DNA of 64,000 nucleotides from a virus, in the IMG/VR virus record IMGVR_UViG_3300021364_003460, positions 96,001-160,000 of that record; one strand, written 5' to 3'. This document shows, one piece after another, positions 8,001 through 16,313 of this stretch. The position numbers were made by a program, and so were the translations under genes. How positions within the stretch are numbered: position 1 is the stretch's first letter; each line of letters begins with the position of its first letter. The notes under the pieces are model-generated. The model was not told the origin of the DNA. It was given only the letters and a program-made list of their open reading frames with translations, and made no database searches.

Positions 8001-10484
8001 TTGACTTACTAAAGATGCTCCTGTGGTAGCTTTCATAACATCCTCTAGTATCATAGATGCTCCTAGAATTCCAATAGCATAAACTCCCAGATTGCTTCTA
8101 TTGTTAAGGAATCTATTACTAGTAATAAGTCTATTAGAATTCCTTAAGTGAGCTTGAGGTAAGTTCTGTTGGTCATAAAACCTAGCAGCATCTTCAATCA
8201 TTGCATCTCTAGTAACACCTAGCTTGTTATTACTTTCTAAAGTGACTTCATAATCAAGCAGACCTCTAATAAATTTCTCTACATCTTCTACATTCTCACT
8301 AGCTAACAATCTATTTTGATTCTTACTATCCCAGTGAAGTGATTTGTTTAGTAATTGTTCTTCTAGTAATAACAGCTTCTTGTGTTCTTTAAGAATACCT
8401 CCTACTCCATCTAGATTAAGTATTCTTTGTATACCTGCACCTACTATATTGACTGCTTTACCTAACAAAGTCTTAGGTACTGCAAAACTAGATAACCCTT
8501 TAGCTTTGATTCTACCTAATGCAGAAGTTTCATCAATATAAGTACCCTTGTTAACTATAGTTAAGAATTCACCACCGTAATAAAGTCTTTCTAGAGTATG
8601 AAATAACCCAGTAAAGTTAAAGACTTCAGCAGCAGATAAGAAATCTTTAGCTATTATCTTTCCTCCTGGATCTAGAGTTAGAGTTACACTATCATAGTTT
8701 TTACCCATTCTTCCCCATTTTAAAGGATTGACAGGAAGATAACTACCTAGTTCCTCTAAAGCTTCAGCTACTTTCTTAGCTTTCTCAAAACCATCATTTT
8801 GTAATATAAACTTAGCTGTATTTGGGTCTTTACTGTCAAACTCCCCAAAGATATTAGCAGTAGTAGTATTTCTGTAATTAGTTAAAGCATTTTGGAGAAA
8901 CCTATATTGACTGCTATCTGGTTTATAAGGATTAATTACATCTTCTATAAAAGGTCTGATAGTGTAGTCAAAGTTAATAGCAGCTTTAGTATTCTGTAAT
9001 AAGTTAACTCCACTAATAAAAGAGTTAAATCCTGGTCTGAAAACTTTTTCTTTTAAATTATCTTGTTCAGCCCATAAGAAGTTTCTTAGCTGAGTTGGAT
9101 CTTTTGAAGCGTGTTCCCAACCTAGAGTTAACCCTGTAGCTACCATTTGTGCAGCTCTAAAACCAGCTATTTTACTCTTACCTACAGTACCTTGTTGAAG
9201 TGCTATATCTATTAAACTTTGATAGGATGTCTTAAACATCTCAGCAGTAACAATACCAAAAGGTACACCTATCAGAAAGTAACCTAAAATTGCTTGAGTA
9301 GTTTGTACAACAAAGTTAGTAGCAAAGCTAAGTGTTGATTGAAAGAAACCTTCAGGAGGCTCAACATAAGTTCCTACAGGGTCTATTTCCTGCATTCTTC
9401 TAATATAGTCAGGAAGATTACCTCCATAGTAAACTAAAGAGTTATCTAATACTTTACCTAATGCACCTGCTAATGAAGCTAGTGGTCCAACTTCTTCTTT
9501 ATATATTCTCCCCCAACCATTAGCTATAGACCATTTGTTTACATAGTAAGATAATCCTGATGTAGCCATCTCTCTATCATAATTAGCTATGTACCAGGGA
9601 ACTGTATCTGTAGTATTACCAGCATTCTGAGCCATGTAAGTTAACTTGTAAGCTGCTGTAGCTGGACCTTCAGTGTCAGTAATATCAAAAGTAAACAGAC
9701 CTGCATTATCCCTTTGTGCAGCATATATAGCTCTCCTAAAGAAGTAAGCAGAACCATATTGAGAAGGTAGAGTGTAAGTTATTTCAGAGTTAGGATTAAA
9801 AAATGGAGTTAGCTGTTGGTTAGTAATACCATACTCTTTAGACATTTTTCTAAGAACTTGCCTATCTTTATACCTTGCTAGTTCAGGTCTTAGTCTATCT
9901 AAAGCTTTAGGAGGTAGAAAAGAAGACATCTTACCTCTTTCTATTAACCTAAAATCTGAAGGCATTAAAGCTTTTTTACTAAACAGACCTTCAGATTCAG
10001 GAGACTGTAATGCTCTTTCTACTCTTTGATAATACTCAGCTTCTACTTCTTCTGATATAGAACTATCTCTAAAAGAATCATATAAGTAAGCTGCACCTCT
10101 TCTGACTAACTCTTGGTTTACGCTAACTAGATTACCTTCTGAATCTTTTATAAAGACTTCTCCCATTACCCTGTCTTGAGAAACGTTTCCAGGAAGTCTA
10201 AGATAAACTTGATTGTTAGAAGGTATGATTTCTCTTAGTATTCTTTTACTTTCATCTCCATAATATTGACTTCTTTTATCAAGAGAGTGAGAAGTCTCAG
10301 GAGCATCTATACTTAGAAACCTTACTTTACTTCTACCTTGTAGAAATCTTTGATTAGTAGGAGAAACTCCAGTTATAGAAAAAGTATCTGCATCATAATC
10401 TCTACTAAAGTTTACTTCAGCAGGTATTAATCTACTTTTTCTATAATTTTCAAGACTACCAAAAGTTCTGTCAGAAGAATACAT
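2094..10484 (-). CDS. giant (2796 aa) putative virion/ejection or tape-measure-like protein with N-terminal thermonuclease (SNase) domain and many hydrophobic segments
   Basis: Residues about 28-160 read DADTF...KVRFLSIDAPET...YYGDES...DRVMGEV...VNQELVRRGAAYLY, an SNase fold with D33, R55, D60, E63 and R105 in catalytic positions. Many Gly/Ala-rich hydrophobic stretches follow. Confidence 0.8.
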   Translation of the reverse strand: MYSSDRTFGSLENYRKSRLIPAEVNFSRDYDADTFSITGVSPTNQRFLQGRSKVRFLSIDAPETSHSLDKRSQYYGDESKRILREIIPSNNQVYLRLPGNVSQDRVMGEVFIKDSEGNLVSVNQELVRRGAAYLYDSFRDSSISEEVEAEYYQRVERALQSPESEGLFSKKALMPSDFRLIERGKMSSFLPPKALDRLRPELARYKDRQVLRKMSKEYGITNQQLTPFFNPNSEITYTLPSQYGSAYFFRRAIYAAQRDNAGLFTFDITDTEGPATAAYKLTYMAQNAGNTTDTVPWYIANYDREMATSGLSYYVNKWSIANGWGRIYKEEVGPLASLAGALGKVLDNSLVYYGGNLPDYIRRMQEIDPVGTYVEPPEGFFQSTLSFATNFVVQTTQAILGYFLIGVPFGIVTAEMFKTSYQSLIDIALQQGTVGKSKIAGFRAAQMVATGLTLGWEHASKDPTQLRNFLWAEQDNLKEKVFRPGFNSFISGVNLLQNTKAAINFDYTIRPFIEDVINPYKPDSSQYRFLQNALTNYRNTTTANIFGEFDSKDPNTAKFILQNDGFEKAKKVAEALEELGSYLPVNPLKWGRMGKNYDSVTLTLDPGGKIIAKDFLSAAEVFNFTGLFHTLERLYYGGEFLTIVNKGTYIDETSALGRIKAKGLSSFAVPKTLLGKAVNIVGAGIQRILNLDGVGGILKEHKKLLLLEEQLLNKSLHWDSKNQNRLLASENVEDVEKFIRGLLDYEVTLESNNKLGVTRDAMIEDAARFYDQQNLPQAHLRNSNRLITSNRFLNNRSNLGVYAIGILGASMILEDVMKATTGASLVSQLIVAVTHRNDNFTPDFEPTRVFGWGGGYTSIAASLGYSAFSLAVGAGVGSIATLRSPNLDRYILGTNAPEALERIKADPNVSQLKKTILTKIIKGNKLLSARPKGNFLPMMVWTSTAMLAARTAAPWVVSNAMKVFQSIPWLGEAVLGKKGNALLNENIGVMGELTSLKKQLIDRLNSGNITPLEAAGLYQLGFITSSMPIVDPKIKDKVTRVIAHQSPTPYFQFFATEVTKGRQYDEMGNLVRGGTLEFKAGQQTAPILGTNISFLFPIMIDWDKPNHLGGKGALVHNNGKDNILSFLGAIGNMGSSLMVLTASMLTTISLMEGFLKLPFINLLNKDGILTSELKATSNIVKSVFKTSYGLFEDLVSFPVYSANLAVSHFNFQTKVIQELGLTVKNSANILKEGTTTLGKIGRSFGVSALLFAPLATTGAKFLGADDETQTKVYAGTTLLGTAAFGMYSNRLDGLDIPGKLNPIKTKLASVVENITIKPKMNLGYILTVGATFAYGWLLTDSTFGVSINMDKDTYLTTGADGRPLEDERSNWLKKSITMVGFAALSIPALEIADIGKSPAQILKEYTAGTNYINKVRAKNYLNPLDYLRSSYVTYKNWLQRDYVNKYLEKTLGYIGNVHKGSITAAQLSDSIKEEVVLNDAVNKINSIKLNAIDTIVSDTNLNKGLQALWSRADFINMKGGKSVAAARTKRFFTLSIIGLGLIPKAASYLMQGWGYVASEGGTGQKATDAFYNSLDGNTFGEGLANIFRLVTRQDKRNNGSPIDTTIFVDDKGMQISQKGFRLLNPNDPQQQKVTKALQDIMAPFVVSPQNPFQSILPGVGITLSSGDKGIRYRIYAQTQSALQDTSFAIYSMLPKYFFKLGMTPNSQYNFLVLEGMKKAIRDTRKSDNKTKLMASSLAVISATAQLSPLAKPRKYSTPYNDPTLELVSGDSILSHVLQLRIRRSNELAYQRPENILSRSTDPFDINSLTELSNVVDIRNPLAAFPHDPRNPHQKAALEAMDTKQVAKLLRAIFATNNRLHVTDLKVTKTEDKALEISPSVMDNPGEMLAYGGSLQLDTSNMKSEPWWGILWKGAESAWKMTEAFPTMIRFGAIGAVALTGVVMGAGFLGALAFSPMETRFEEATYRFRNMFATVGEEGAAKVYNFHAHKRITVDGNRMGVQIKGKGGRQFAVILPEGFDLTGKSEVQAVNEILQHVQISIGKAHEEVVNRVFRISGDMFYDVNSPNPNQPKWIGSDRFKYVTETLRPQITNMVDDYIDSVFEAFTSQQPGSNLSFGDLLTDTKLLEDMTIMRPIDETVKGKLKQEIYQAVDQFLAEEIHKSKELGEDILAKVQGARGEQLSKLLAHKIRSVVDTFASRLDNNLLYLESEDALGYGARVKNAILEMVKPFKFVQGHRNFFSRHNQLSTPRAATVNLPDGISKPSATLVDTLERMQIPKVRRTAMLAGGFENTLKGVAIFSSGMESLDIFTSFNRLAALESDPYATEGEINFAAESTGQVVFGSLFGTAVNITILNRLPKLFMKTLPSLGKSALQSAARKPGKAGFFAAVTLTTIAGLIAGGKAIGEAWNDVRNTNVVRSITGGVGRVYEGTTNFFGQTLLSFDRFVNSVPVLKELTSPGSIITFAGVGLGVLLLASVAGMALAPAALLGLAAGSTAALVHSIFPGISRWTNGLLTPFMDWVSNIPHIGGFFATNSQQPLAFTKFYDDKAPIYVATAQMAIAYDSSKYLEASGDWTGNRTKGLFANPTFYGNSYGELEPKARMFNKPTFSLVNSLIDREATIRSQYYNQVVVGAASWDKVIQSAENYKELKALTVQLRMGDPAIQQKLSSADASRQSELQALQKNTKDRLSNKQSNTQLKANLVALAKQSNNTVVKSSANLKTKVQVDASEVKNTFIDAQVNQVALQHNTQPVLVKSVKGEQVGNKVVITNKVAENNNLQLAVTRGMINSYNSKPGYS
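2806..2813. repeat. HIP1 octamer GCGATCGC
   Basis: Exact palindrome inside the giant gene, in a CG-depleted genome. Confidence 0.7.
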
Positions 10485-10485
10485 A

Positions 10486-11301
10486 TTACCTTATAAAAGA
10501 AGAGTTAGCATACAAACTATAGTTAGCATATCCATAGTTACTTAATATAGTCTTGTTCTCATAATCTACATAAACTATATCTTCTAGAGTTAGCGGCTTG
10601 ATATAGTTGACTTCATATTCACTACCTTCAACAGGCTTATCTCCATCTAACCACTCAACAGCTACAGTAGGCTCAGTTGAAGGAACAAACTCAGGGTCAA
10701 CTACCAAAGGTTCAAAGTAAGGTCTCCAGTAAAGTGAGTTATCAGTTATCTTCCAATTAGTAAACTCAACCCCATTCTGACTAATAGATTTAATATCAAT
10801 AATATCTAAATTACTAATTAAAGAATCAAAGTTGGTATTAGTTCTAGTTAGTTTAATAGTCTCTATTTTAGGATTAGGTTTATAGAGATAGTAGTCATTA
10901 TAAGAAAGTAAATAGAATTTATCTGAAGTGGGTACTCTCCAGTATTCTGTGTGTATTAACTTCTTCTGTATCTTTGATAGGTAAGGTACTTTGCCAGCTT
11001 CATAAGGACGCTGCCATTCATAATACTCAACTGTATAACAAGAACTAATACTATAACCTATAGAAGGAGGAAGCTGTAACCTTACTTTAAATTGCAAACT
11101 AGGATGAGTTGGTATGTTAAAACTTATCTCTCCTTTTCTAGGTAAATTACAGTTAGCTGGAAACTTAATTTTAACTTGATATTCTTTAGCAGATAGCTCA
11201 GGTTCAGTAAGTTGATTTACTTCTAGTTGAGAATCAATGTTTTCTATTGGAATGGTAAATAGATTAGTAGAATAATCTAAAAATAGAGAAGTTAAAAGCA
11301 T
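10486..11301 (-). CDS. hypothetical protein, probably structural (271 aa)
   Basis: Its stop lies 1 nt from the ATG of the giant gene; beta-rich composition. Confidence 0.75.
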   Translation of the reverse strand: MLLTSLFLDYSTNLFTIPIENIDSQLEVNQLTEPELSAKEYQVKIKFPANCNLPRKGEISFNIPTHPSLQFKVRLQLPPSIGYSISSCYTVEYYEWQRPYEAGKVPYLSKIQKKLIHTEYWRVPTSDKFYLLSYNDYYLYKPNPKIETIKLTRTNTNFDSLISNLDIIDIKSISQNGVEFTNWKITDNSLYWRPYFEPLVVDPEFVPSTEPTVAVEWLDGDKPVEGSEYEVNYIKPLTLEDIVYVDYENKTILSNYGYANYSLYANSSFIR

Positions 11302-11315
11302 ATATTAAAATAACA

Positions 11316-11351
11316 AAACTTCCTAAACTATATGTAAAGAATAGGAAGTTT
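11316..11351 (-). promoter_or_regulatory. intergenic inverted repeat/hairpin upstream of the 11301 start
   Basis: AAACTTCCTA (11316-11325) and TAGGAAGTTT (11342-11351) are perfect 10-bp arms with a 16-nt spacer. Confidence 0.55.
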
Positions 11352-11374
11352 GTGTAGGATATCTAAAATATTAA

Positions 11375-12292
11375 TTAACCATAGGTTCTCATTAAAATGT
11401 AATCTCCACCTTCATCAGTTTCACTATTATTTCCTAATCTACCAACTACTTTACAGTAAATAATTCCCTGTCCAGCATAATAACCTGTAGCGTTAGCTAA
11501 GTTAAGTCTCACTGTATCTCCCAAATTAGGTGCTACTTCACTACCATCTAATTTCCATTTAAACACATTAGGTATAAAGCCATAAGGGTTATTAGTAATA
11601 GAGTCTCTTAAGTAAAACTCTACCTCTGAAGTAGTTGGAGTTCCGTCACTAAGTTTTATGTGGTCATAATTAGCATTAGCACCAAATCCATGAACAGTGT
11701 GTACTACTGAAGAATAAACATTACCCCTGGATCTATCAGCATTTCCATATGTATTAACTCTTAAGTAAAAAGAATATAAATTTTCAGGATAAGATAACAC
11801 ACTATTTTCCAAAACTCCTTGGCTTAAAAAATAATAGTCGTTATAATTAGGTGCTGTTCCTCCCACAGCCATAAACAAACTGATAGATTTAGAATTAGCT
11901 GTAGCCCATATAGGAACAGAAGAAGTAAGAGAAGTGGGATTAGTTGAAAAAGTCTGCCCATTACCTATTAAAGTTTTAGCATGGATACTTGCACCGCTTG
12001 TTGTGTAAAACAACATCATTCTAGTGTTAGCAGGAAGAGTTGGGTTAGTTCCAGGATTTTCTGTATTTGTTATAACCCCAGTTAAAGTTTCTTCAGGTAT
12101 ATTAGGTCTCCAAGCTATAGATATATTACTTGCAACATTACTATACCAAGAAGCTCTATCATCTGAACCTAAAGCAGTTCTGTGAAAGGTTTGCAACTCT
12201 TCATAAACTGTGCCAGTAAGAGAACCTAATTGCTGCCCAGCAATATAATTACCTAAATAGTAATTACCAAAAGCATCACTGTTTATAGTCAT
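11375..12292 (-). CDS. putative virion/receptor-binding accessory protein (305 aa)
   Basis: G/N/T/Y-rich beta-type composition within the structural cluster; no catalytic motif recognised. Confidence 0.6.
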   Translation of the reverse strand: MTINSDAFGNYYLGNYIAGQQLGSLTGTVYEELQTFHRTALGSDDRASWYSNVASNISIAWRPNIPEETLTGVITNTENPGTNPTLPANTRMMLFYTTSGASIHAKTLIGNGQTFSTNPTSLTSSVPIWATANSKSISLFMAVGGTAPNYNDYYFLSQGVLENSVLSYPENLYSFYLRVNTYGNADRSRGNVYSSVVHTVHGFGANANYDHIKLSDGTPTTSEVEFYLRDSITNNPYGFIPNVFKWKLDGSEVAPNLGDTVRLNLANATGYYAGQGIIYCKVVGRLGNNSETDEGGDYILMRTYG

Positions 12293-12543
12293 AGTATTGT
12301 ATTATCTTGGTTTTCAAATGTTAAGTTAATAAAGTTGTCTAACAAAGCAGCTTGATTTTCAAAAGTTAATTGAGTAAAGTTATTAGGTATTGATTCAGTA
12401 TCCTGGTTTTCAAACTGTAAAGTATTAAACTCTAAAGATAAAGGATCTAAGTTTTCAAAAGTTAAAGGTGCAAACAAAGAATATATATTTTGCTCTTCAA
12501 AGTTTAATATAACTTCACTATTTATATAAAGAAATTTAGGCAT
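12289..12543 (-). CDS. small repeat protein (84 aa) with iterated L-x-F-E-N motif
   Basis: Motifs LNFEEQ, LTFENL, LQFENQD, LTFENQA, LTFENQD; strong GGAGG Shine-Dalgarno; ATGA overlap with the next gene. Confidence 0.7.
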   Translation of the reverse strand: MPKFLYINSEVILNFEEQNIYSLFAPLTFENLDPLSLEFNTLQFENQDTESIPNNFTQLTFENQAALLDNFINLTFENQDNTIL

Positions 12544-12553
12544 TAATCTATTA

Positions 12554-12573
12554 CCTCCTTTAGTAAATGGAGG
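12554..12573 (-). promoter_or_regulatory. anti-SD hairpin covering the GGAGG ribosome-binding site of the 12543 gene
   Basis: Minus strand reads CCTCC(A)TTT-ACT-AAAGGAGG, followed by TAATAGATTA-ATG. Confidence 0.45.
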
Positions 12574-12590
12574 ATTATATATAACAGTTA

Positions 12591-12932
12591 TTATGTAAAC
12601 CTAATATTAACAATAGTTTCACTAGCAGTATAAATTAATGGAGTAGTTGAAATTTCCCAAGTTATACCGTTGGAAAATAACTTTCCTTTACTACTAAAGT
12701 AATCTTAGTAATACTCCATTATTAGAGTATACTGACATACTAAGGATAGGTGTTCCTGTAGAATCAAACAACTGAAAGTATCTGACTGCATTATTAATTT
12801 CTACAATAGTAGCATTCACAGAAGGTCTAATATTTCTTCTAAAGAATTTACTATAAAAGTAGGATTTGCTGAGATAACTTGATTCTTTGAGTTTAAAAGT
12901 AATGGAAGTTTACCAGTAATTCTAGTAACCAT
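12591..12932 (-). pseudogene. about 113-codon gene broken by two compensating frameshifts (missed by the ORF track)
   Basis: Frame A gives MVTRITGKLPLLLNSKNQVISANPTF... Frame B gives ...NATIVEINNAVRYFQLFDSTGTPILSMSVYSNNGVLL. Frame A then resumes DYFSSKGKLFSNGITWEISTTPLIYTASETIVNIRFT*. ATG to TAA is 342 nt, but frame A has TGA, TAG and TAA in the middle segment. Confidence 0.5.
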
Positions 12933-12999
12933 AAATATAAATTAAAAATATACTATTTAATATAATTAATACTTTTAGCTTTTACTACGCAGATTTGAT

Positions 13000-14805
13000 T
13001 TATCTTTGTACAGGATTACTTCTAACTTTACTTAATGCCCAACCTGTATTTTTAACTTTGTATATAGAACTAGGATTAGGGTTTTTATAGCTGGCTACTT
13101 TGTTAATAGAAGATACTAAACCAGATGAATTGGTAATCTTACCTGACTGCACCATAAAGATATAACAGTTGTAAACTGCATTACAGATAGCATCAGCTAA
13201 GTCTTTACTAAAATCTCTAGGATGGTCTATCTTTCCATTGGGTAATTGAATAATGTTTTGTAATTCAAGCTGTGCAGAAGCAGACCAGGTACTATCTTTA
13301 GGTAAAAATAATAATCCCTGATCCATTAATTGTTTAGTAATACTAAAATAAGTATTCTGCATTGAATTAGCAGTAGACATTTCAGCAGTAGAGATACCAG
13401 CTAAATGCAATCTTTGTATAGTAGACTGACTCTGAAATCCGTCAAAACTAAACTTATATATTTTTCTATGTCTGGCTATTTCTAAGAATATTTCTTCACA
13501 GTTAGTAAAACTTACTATTCTATTAATACCTCTATTTAAATCATCTGTATCTAAGTAAGGTTTCCAAAGGATAAGAGTATCTACAGAAATACCCCATTTA
13601 CCTTCTACTTCTATTGGAGAACATACAGCTAATGCTGCGCCATCTCTTTTGATCCCATAATCACAATGAGCAAAAGAAGGTAAATTAAAGTTAGTCTCTA
13701 TTCTATTAATTTTAATTCCTGTATAATATCTAGTTTCTCCTGCTTCATTAGATACATTTAAAGGTACTTGAGTAGTATCACATTTAGAGAATCCTTTAAA
13801 TGCTTTTAGTATATTATCTTGAATAAAGAAAGTACCTTGCTTAATAGTTCTAATGCCTTCATATTCTAAAGCAGCTTTAATAGGGTTTTTAATATAAGCA
13901 TCTGAAGACTTAAGTTTCTCTTCTGTTAACTGAGGATTTAAATTAACATCCCAAGTTCTTAATCTAAAACCCAATGTTTTAGGTTCTTTTTCAGATAACT
14001 CATACATTTTTTCTATGTAATCTCCTGGCTCCCAGGCAGAGGATATAGCTATTTTCATACCTTCATCCCCAAAAGCTGCTGCCCCGGCCCCCACATTTTC
14101 CCAGATTTCATCAGCTTTAGAGTTACCATATTCATCTCTTTCAAATCTAGCAGCTTCATCTATAACAAGTAATTTTAAGTTATAACCTACAAGAGATTTA
14201 CTAGAAGTATGTTTAGCATGAATATGTACATTTTTAGAATTACATCTTATTTCCTCAGTTAATATTTCTATAAATCCATCTGACTCTAGCTTTTTAAAAT
14301 AGTTAGAACCTTTAGCATACCCAGTAATAGCAGAAAATATAGTCTCTTTTACTTGATCTAAAGATTGTGCAATAACAAATATATGTAGTGGAGTTTGAGG
14401 TAAAAAACCATAGTCTACAGCAGGTTGATGTTTAGTTATTAATTTATAAAACTCATATAAAGTAATAAAACTTACACAGCTTGATTTTGTACCGCGTCTA
14501 CCTATCTCAACTACTAAGTTTTTATATTTTCTCCCATCAACCCAAGTGGTTCTAGATTTATCAGGAAAATCTTTCCAGGAGTAAAGTATTAGTAACTCAT
14601 CTTCTGTTAAAGGTTCATTATAAAAAGCTTTAAGTATAGCTTTTTGAGTAGGATAAAGTTTGCTCTCCCCATTAAATATAATCTGTTCAGCAAACTCAAT
14701 AATACTTAAAGTGCCATCTAAACTATTTAAAGATATTGAAAAAGCTTCTTCTAGTAAATTATCAAATAAATCTTCTGGGTTTACCTTCTCATTCTTTTTA
14801 GGCAT
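13000..14805 (-). CDS. terL: terminase large subunit
   Basis: Q-motif PTQKAIL, Walker A-like EIGRRGTKS, Walker B LLVIDEAA, RNase H-like nuclease motifs AHCDYG, FDGFQS and DHPRDFSKDLADA. Confidence 0.9.
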   Translation of the reverse strand: MPKKNEKVNPEDLFDNLLEEAFSISLNSLDGTLSIIEFAEQIIFNGESKLYPTQKAILKAFYNEPLTEDELLILYSWKDFPDKSRTTWVDGRKYKNLVVEIGRRGTKSSCVSFITLYEFYKLITKHQPAVDYGFLPQTPLHIFVIAQSLDQVKETIFSAITGYAKGSNYFKKLESDGFIEILTEEIRCNSKNVHIHAKHTSSKSLVGYNLKLLVIDEAARFERDEYGNSKADEIWENVGAGAAAFGDEGMKIAISSAWEPGDYIEKMYELSEKEPKTLGFRLRTWDVNLNPQLTEEKLKSSDAYIKNPIKAALEYEGIRTIKQGTFFIQDNILKAFKGFSKCDTTQVPLNVSNEAGETRYYTGIKINRIETNFNLPSFAHCDYGIKRDGAALAVCSPIEVEGKWGISVDTLILWKPYLDTDDLNRGINRIVSFTNCEEIFLEIARHRKIYKFSFDGFQSQSTIQRLHLAGISTAEMSTANSMQNTYFSITKQLMDQGLLFLPKDSTWSASAQLELQNIIQLPNGKIDHPRDFSKDLADAICNAVYNCYIFMVQSGKITNSSGLVSSINKVASYKNPNPSSIYKVKNTGWALSKVRSNPVQR

Positions 14806-14811
14806 TAAAAT

Positions 14812-14840
14812 ACTACTATTATTAAAACAACAATAGTAGT
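14812..14840 (-). promoter_or_regulatory. hairpin just upstream of the terminase ATG
   Basis: ACTACTATT (14812-14820) and AATAGTAGT (14832-14840), 9 bp, 6 nt from the ATG. Confidence 0.45.
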
Positions 14841-14886
14841 GTGGTATTTAGTTGCACTAAGTAGGTAAGCAATCTAAATAGATAAA

Positions 14887-15828
14887 TCAGGGGACAGATA
14901 AATCTGCTTTAATATCTAAACCTTGGTAGTCATCAAAGTTAGGTAAACTAATACTGTCTAAATCAAAAGCCTGTCTTAGTAAACTCATATTAATATCTGC
15001 ATCTACAGCTATATAGTAAATTCCTGTAGCGGCTTCTATTAATTTATCTATTCCTGTACCTATTCTGTTATTTAAAGTTAATGGAGTTTCATTAGGAGAA
15101 GTTGACTGGGTAAAGACTAACCAACCTGAACTTCTAGGAGTAATAAGAAACTGATTGCTACTTTCTAAATCATAAGTAGTCTTTTGAGTAAGAGAAGAGT
15201 TAATAATAGACTGCCTACTCAAAACTACAGGTGAGCTAGTTGATAAGTAGTAAACATTAATAGGATAGTAAGGTAAGCCTGGTTTACTCATATCTCTACT
15301 ACCATTAATTAGTTTTAGAGATAGCTGGTTTAAAGTATTACCTTTAACTAATGTAGAAGATTTGTATTCTTGTAGTCTAATAGGTTTAGTAACTTGAGTT
15401 GGCAGCAATCCATTAACTAATATAATCTGCTTCCTACCTTGGTAAGTTTGATAGTCTAAGTAAAATAAGGAAGCTGGATTAAAATCTATATTTAGCAAGC
15501 CATCTAATATTGAGTTACCAAATATACCAAAGTGAGAAGACACTGAATATAATAAATCTCTATCAAAAGAGTAAACATTATAAGGTTCTTCAAAGATTAC
15601 TGCTTCTTGATCTATTACTTCATAATTATCATAAAGAGTAAACCTTTGATAGATAGGATCTATAATAACTAATTTACCTTTAAAGTTAAGTAACTCAACT
15701 AAGTATTGAGCAGCTTGTCTAGGATAAACAATAAATAAATTTTCTATAAAAGTATTAATAGTTCCAAATGCTCTTCTAAGTTGAGGGTACTTAAATTCTA
15801 ACTCTGCTATTATTTCTTCTAAAGTCAT
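14887..15828 (-). CDS. hypothetical protein (313 aa), probably structural
   Basis: Long ORF, ATGA-coupled within the minus-strand operon. Confidence 0.7.
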   Translation of the reverse strand: MTLEEIIAELEFKYPQLRRAFGTINTFIENLFIVYPRQAAQYLVELLNFKGKLVIIDPIYQRFTLYDNYEVIDQEAVIFEEPYNVYSFDRDLLYSVSSHFGIFGNSILDGLLNIDFNPASLFYLDYQTYQGRKQIILVNGLLPTQVTKPIRLQEYKSSTLVKGNTLNQLSLKLINGSRDMSKPGLPYYPINVYYLSTSSPVVLSRQSIINSSLTQKTTYDLESSNQFLITPRSSGWLVFTQSTSPNETPLTLNNRIGTGIDKLIEAATGIYYIAVDADINMSLLRQAFDLDSISLPNFDDYQGLDIKADLSVP

Positions 15829-16313
15829 ATAGCAATCTCTATATTAATAGTAGGACTGAAGACTACTGGATAGATTAAAGTTTGGGGTGCTGCTACTAAA
15901 GGTTCTACTTTGTAAACTGTACCTGTAGTATCTCCTCTATTGTTACCATTAATAATAGGATCAGCTCCTACTAAGTTAGCTCCTCTAGCCCAGACTACAT
16001 GAGTTACCGGACCAATAGGATTACTTTCAGTAGGAGTAAATGTAGCAGTCACGCTAACAGAAAACTTACCATCATTGTCTTCTATTATATCAGCAGGATC
16101 TATAGTAGCTATATATCTAGAATAACTAGCATCTGTCACTTCTTGAGCAGCAGCACTAGCCATAGTTAAGTTTTCTCTATTTAGTAACTCATCATTAGTT
16201 GGGGTATCTGTGTTACCTAAAGAAGGCATATTAATTAAGAAAGCTACAAGGTTATATCCTATAGTATCTGTAATAAAAAACTCTCTTATTTCTTTAGTTA
16301 TAGTTGCTGTCAT
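15825..16313 (-). CDS. hypothetical beta-rich structural protein (162 aa)
   Basis: Coupled to both neighbours; motif ATFT...GPVTHVVW resembles tail/baseplate accessory proteins. Confidence 0.65.
   Translation of the reverse strand: MTATITKEIREFFITDTIGYNLVAFLINMPSLGNTDTPTNDELLNRENLTMASAAAQEVTDASYSRYIATIDPADIIEDNDGKFSVSVTATFTPTESNPIGPVTHVVWARGANLVGADPIINGNNRGDTTGTVYKVEPLVAAPQTLIYPVVFSPTINIEIAI

Noticed and set aside
890-8541. ORF-track ORFs 890-1084(-), 6949-7140(+), 8344-8541(+)
   Set aside because: Short antisense shadows of longer real genes.
11375-12932. Diversity-generating retroelement target or template
   Set aside because: No reverse transcriptase and no adenine-variant repeat pair were seen in the window.
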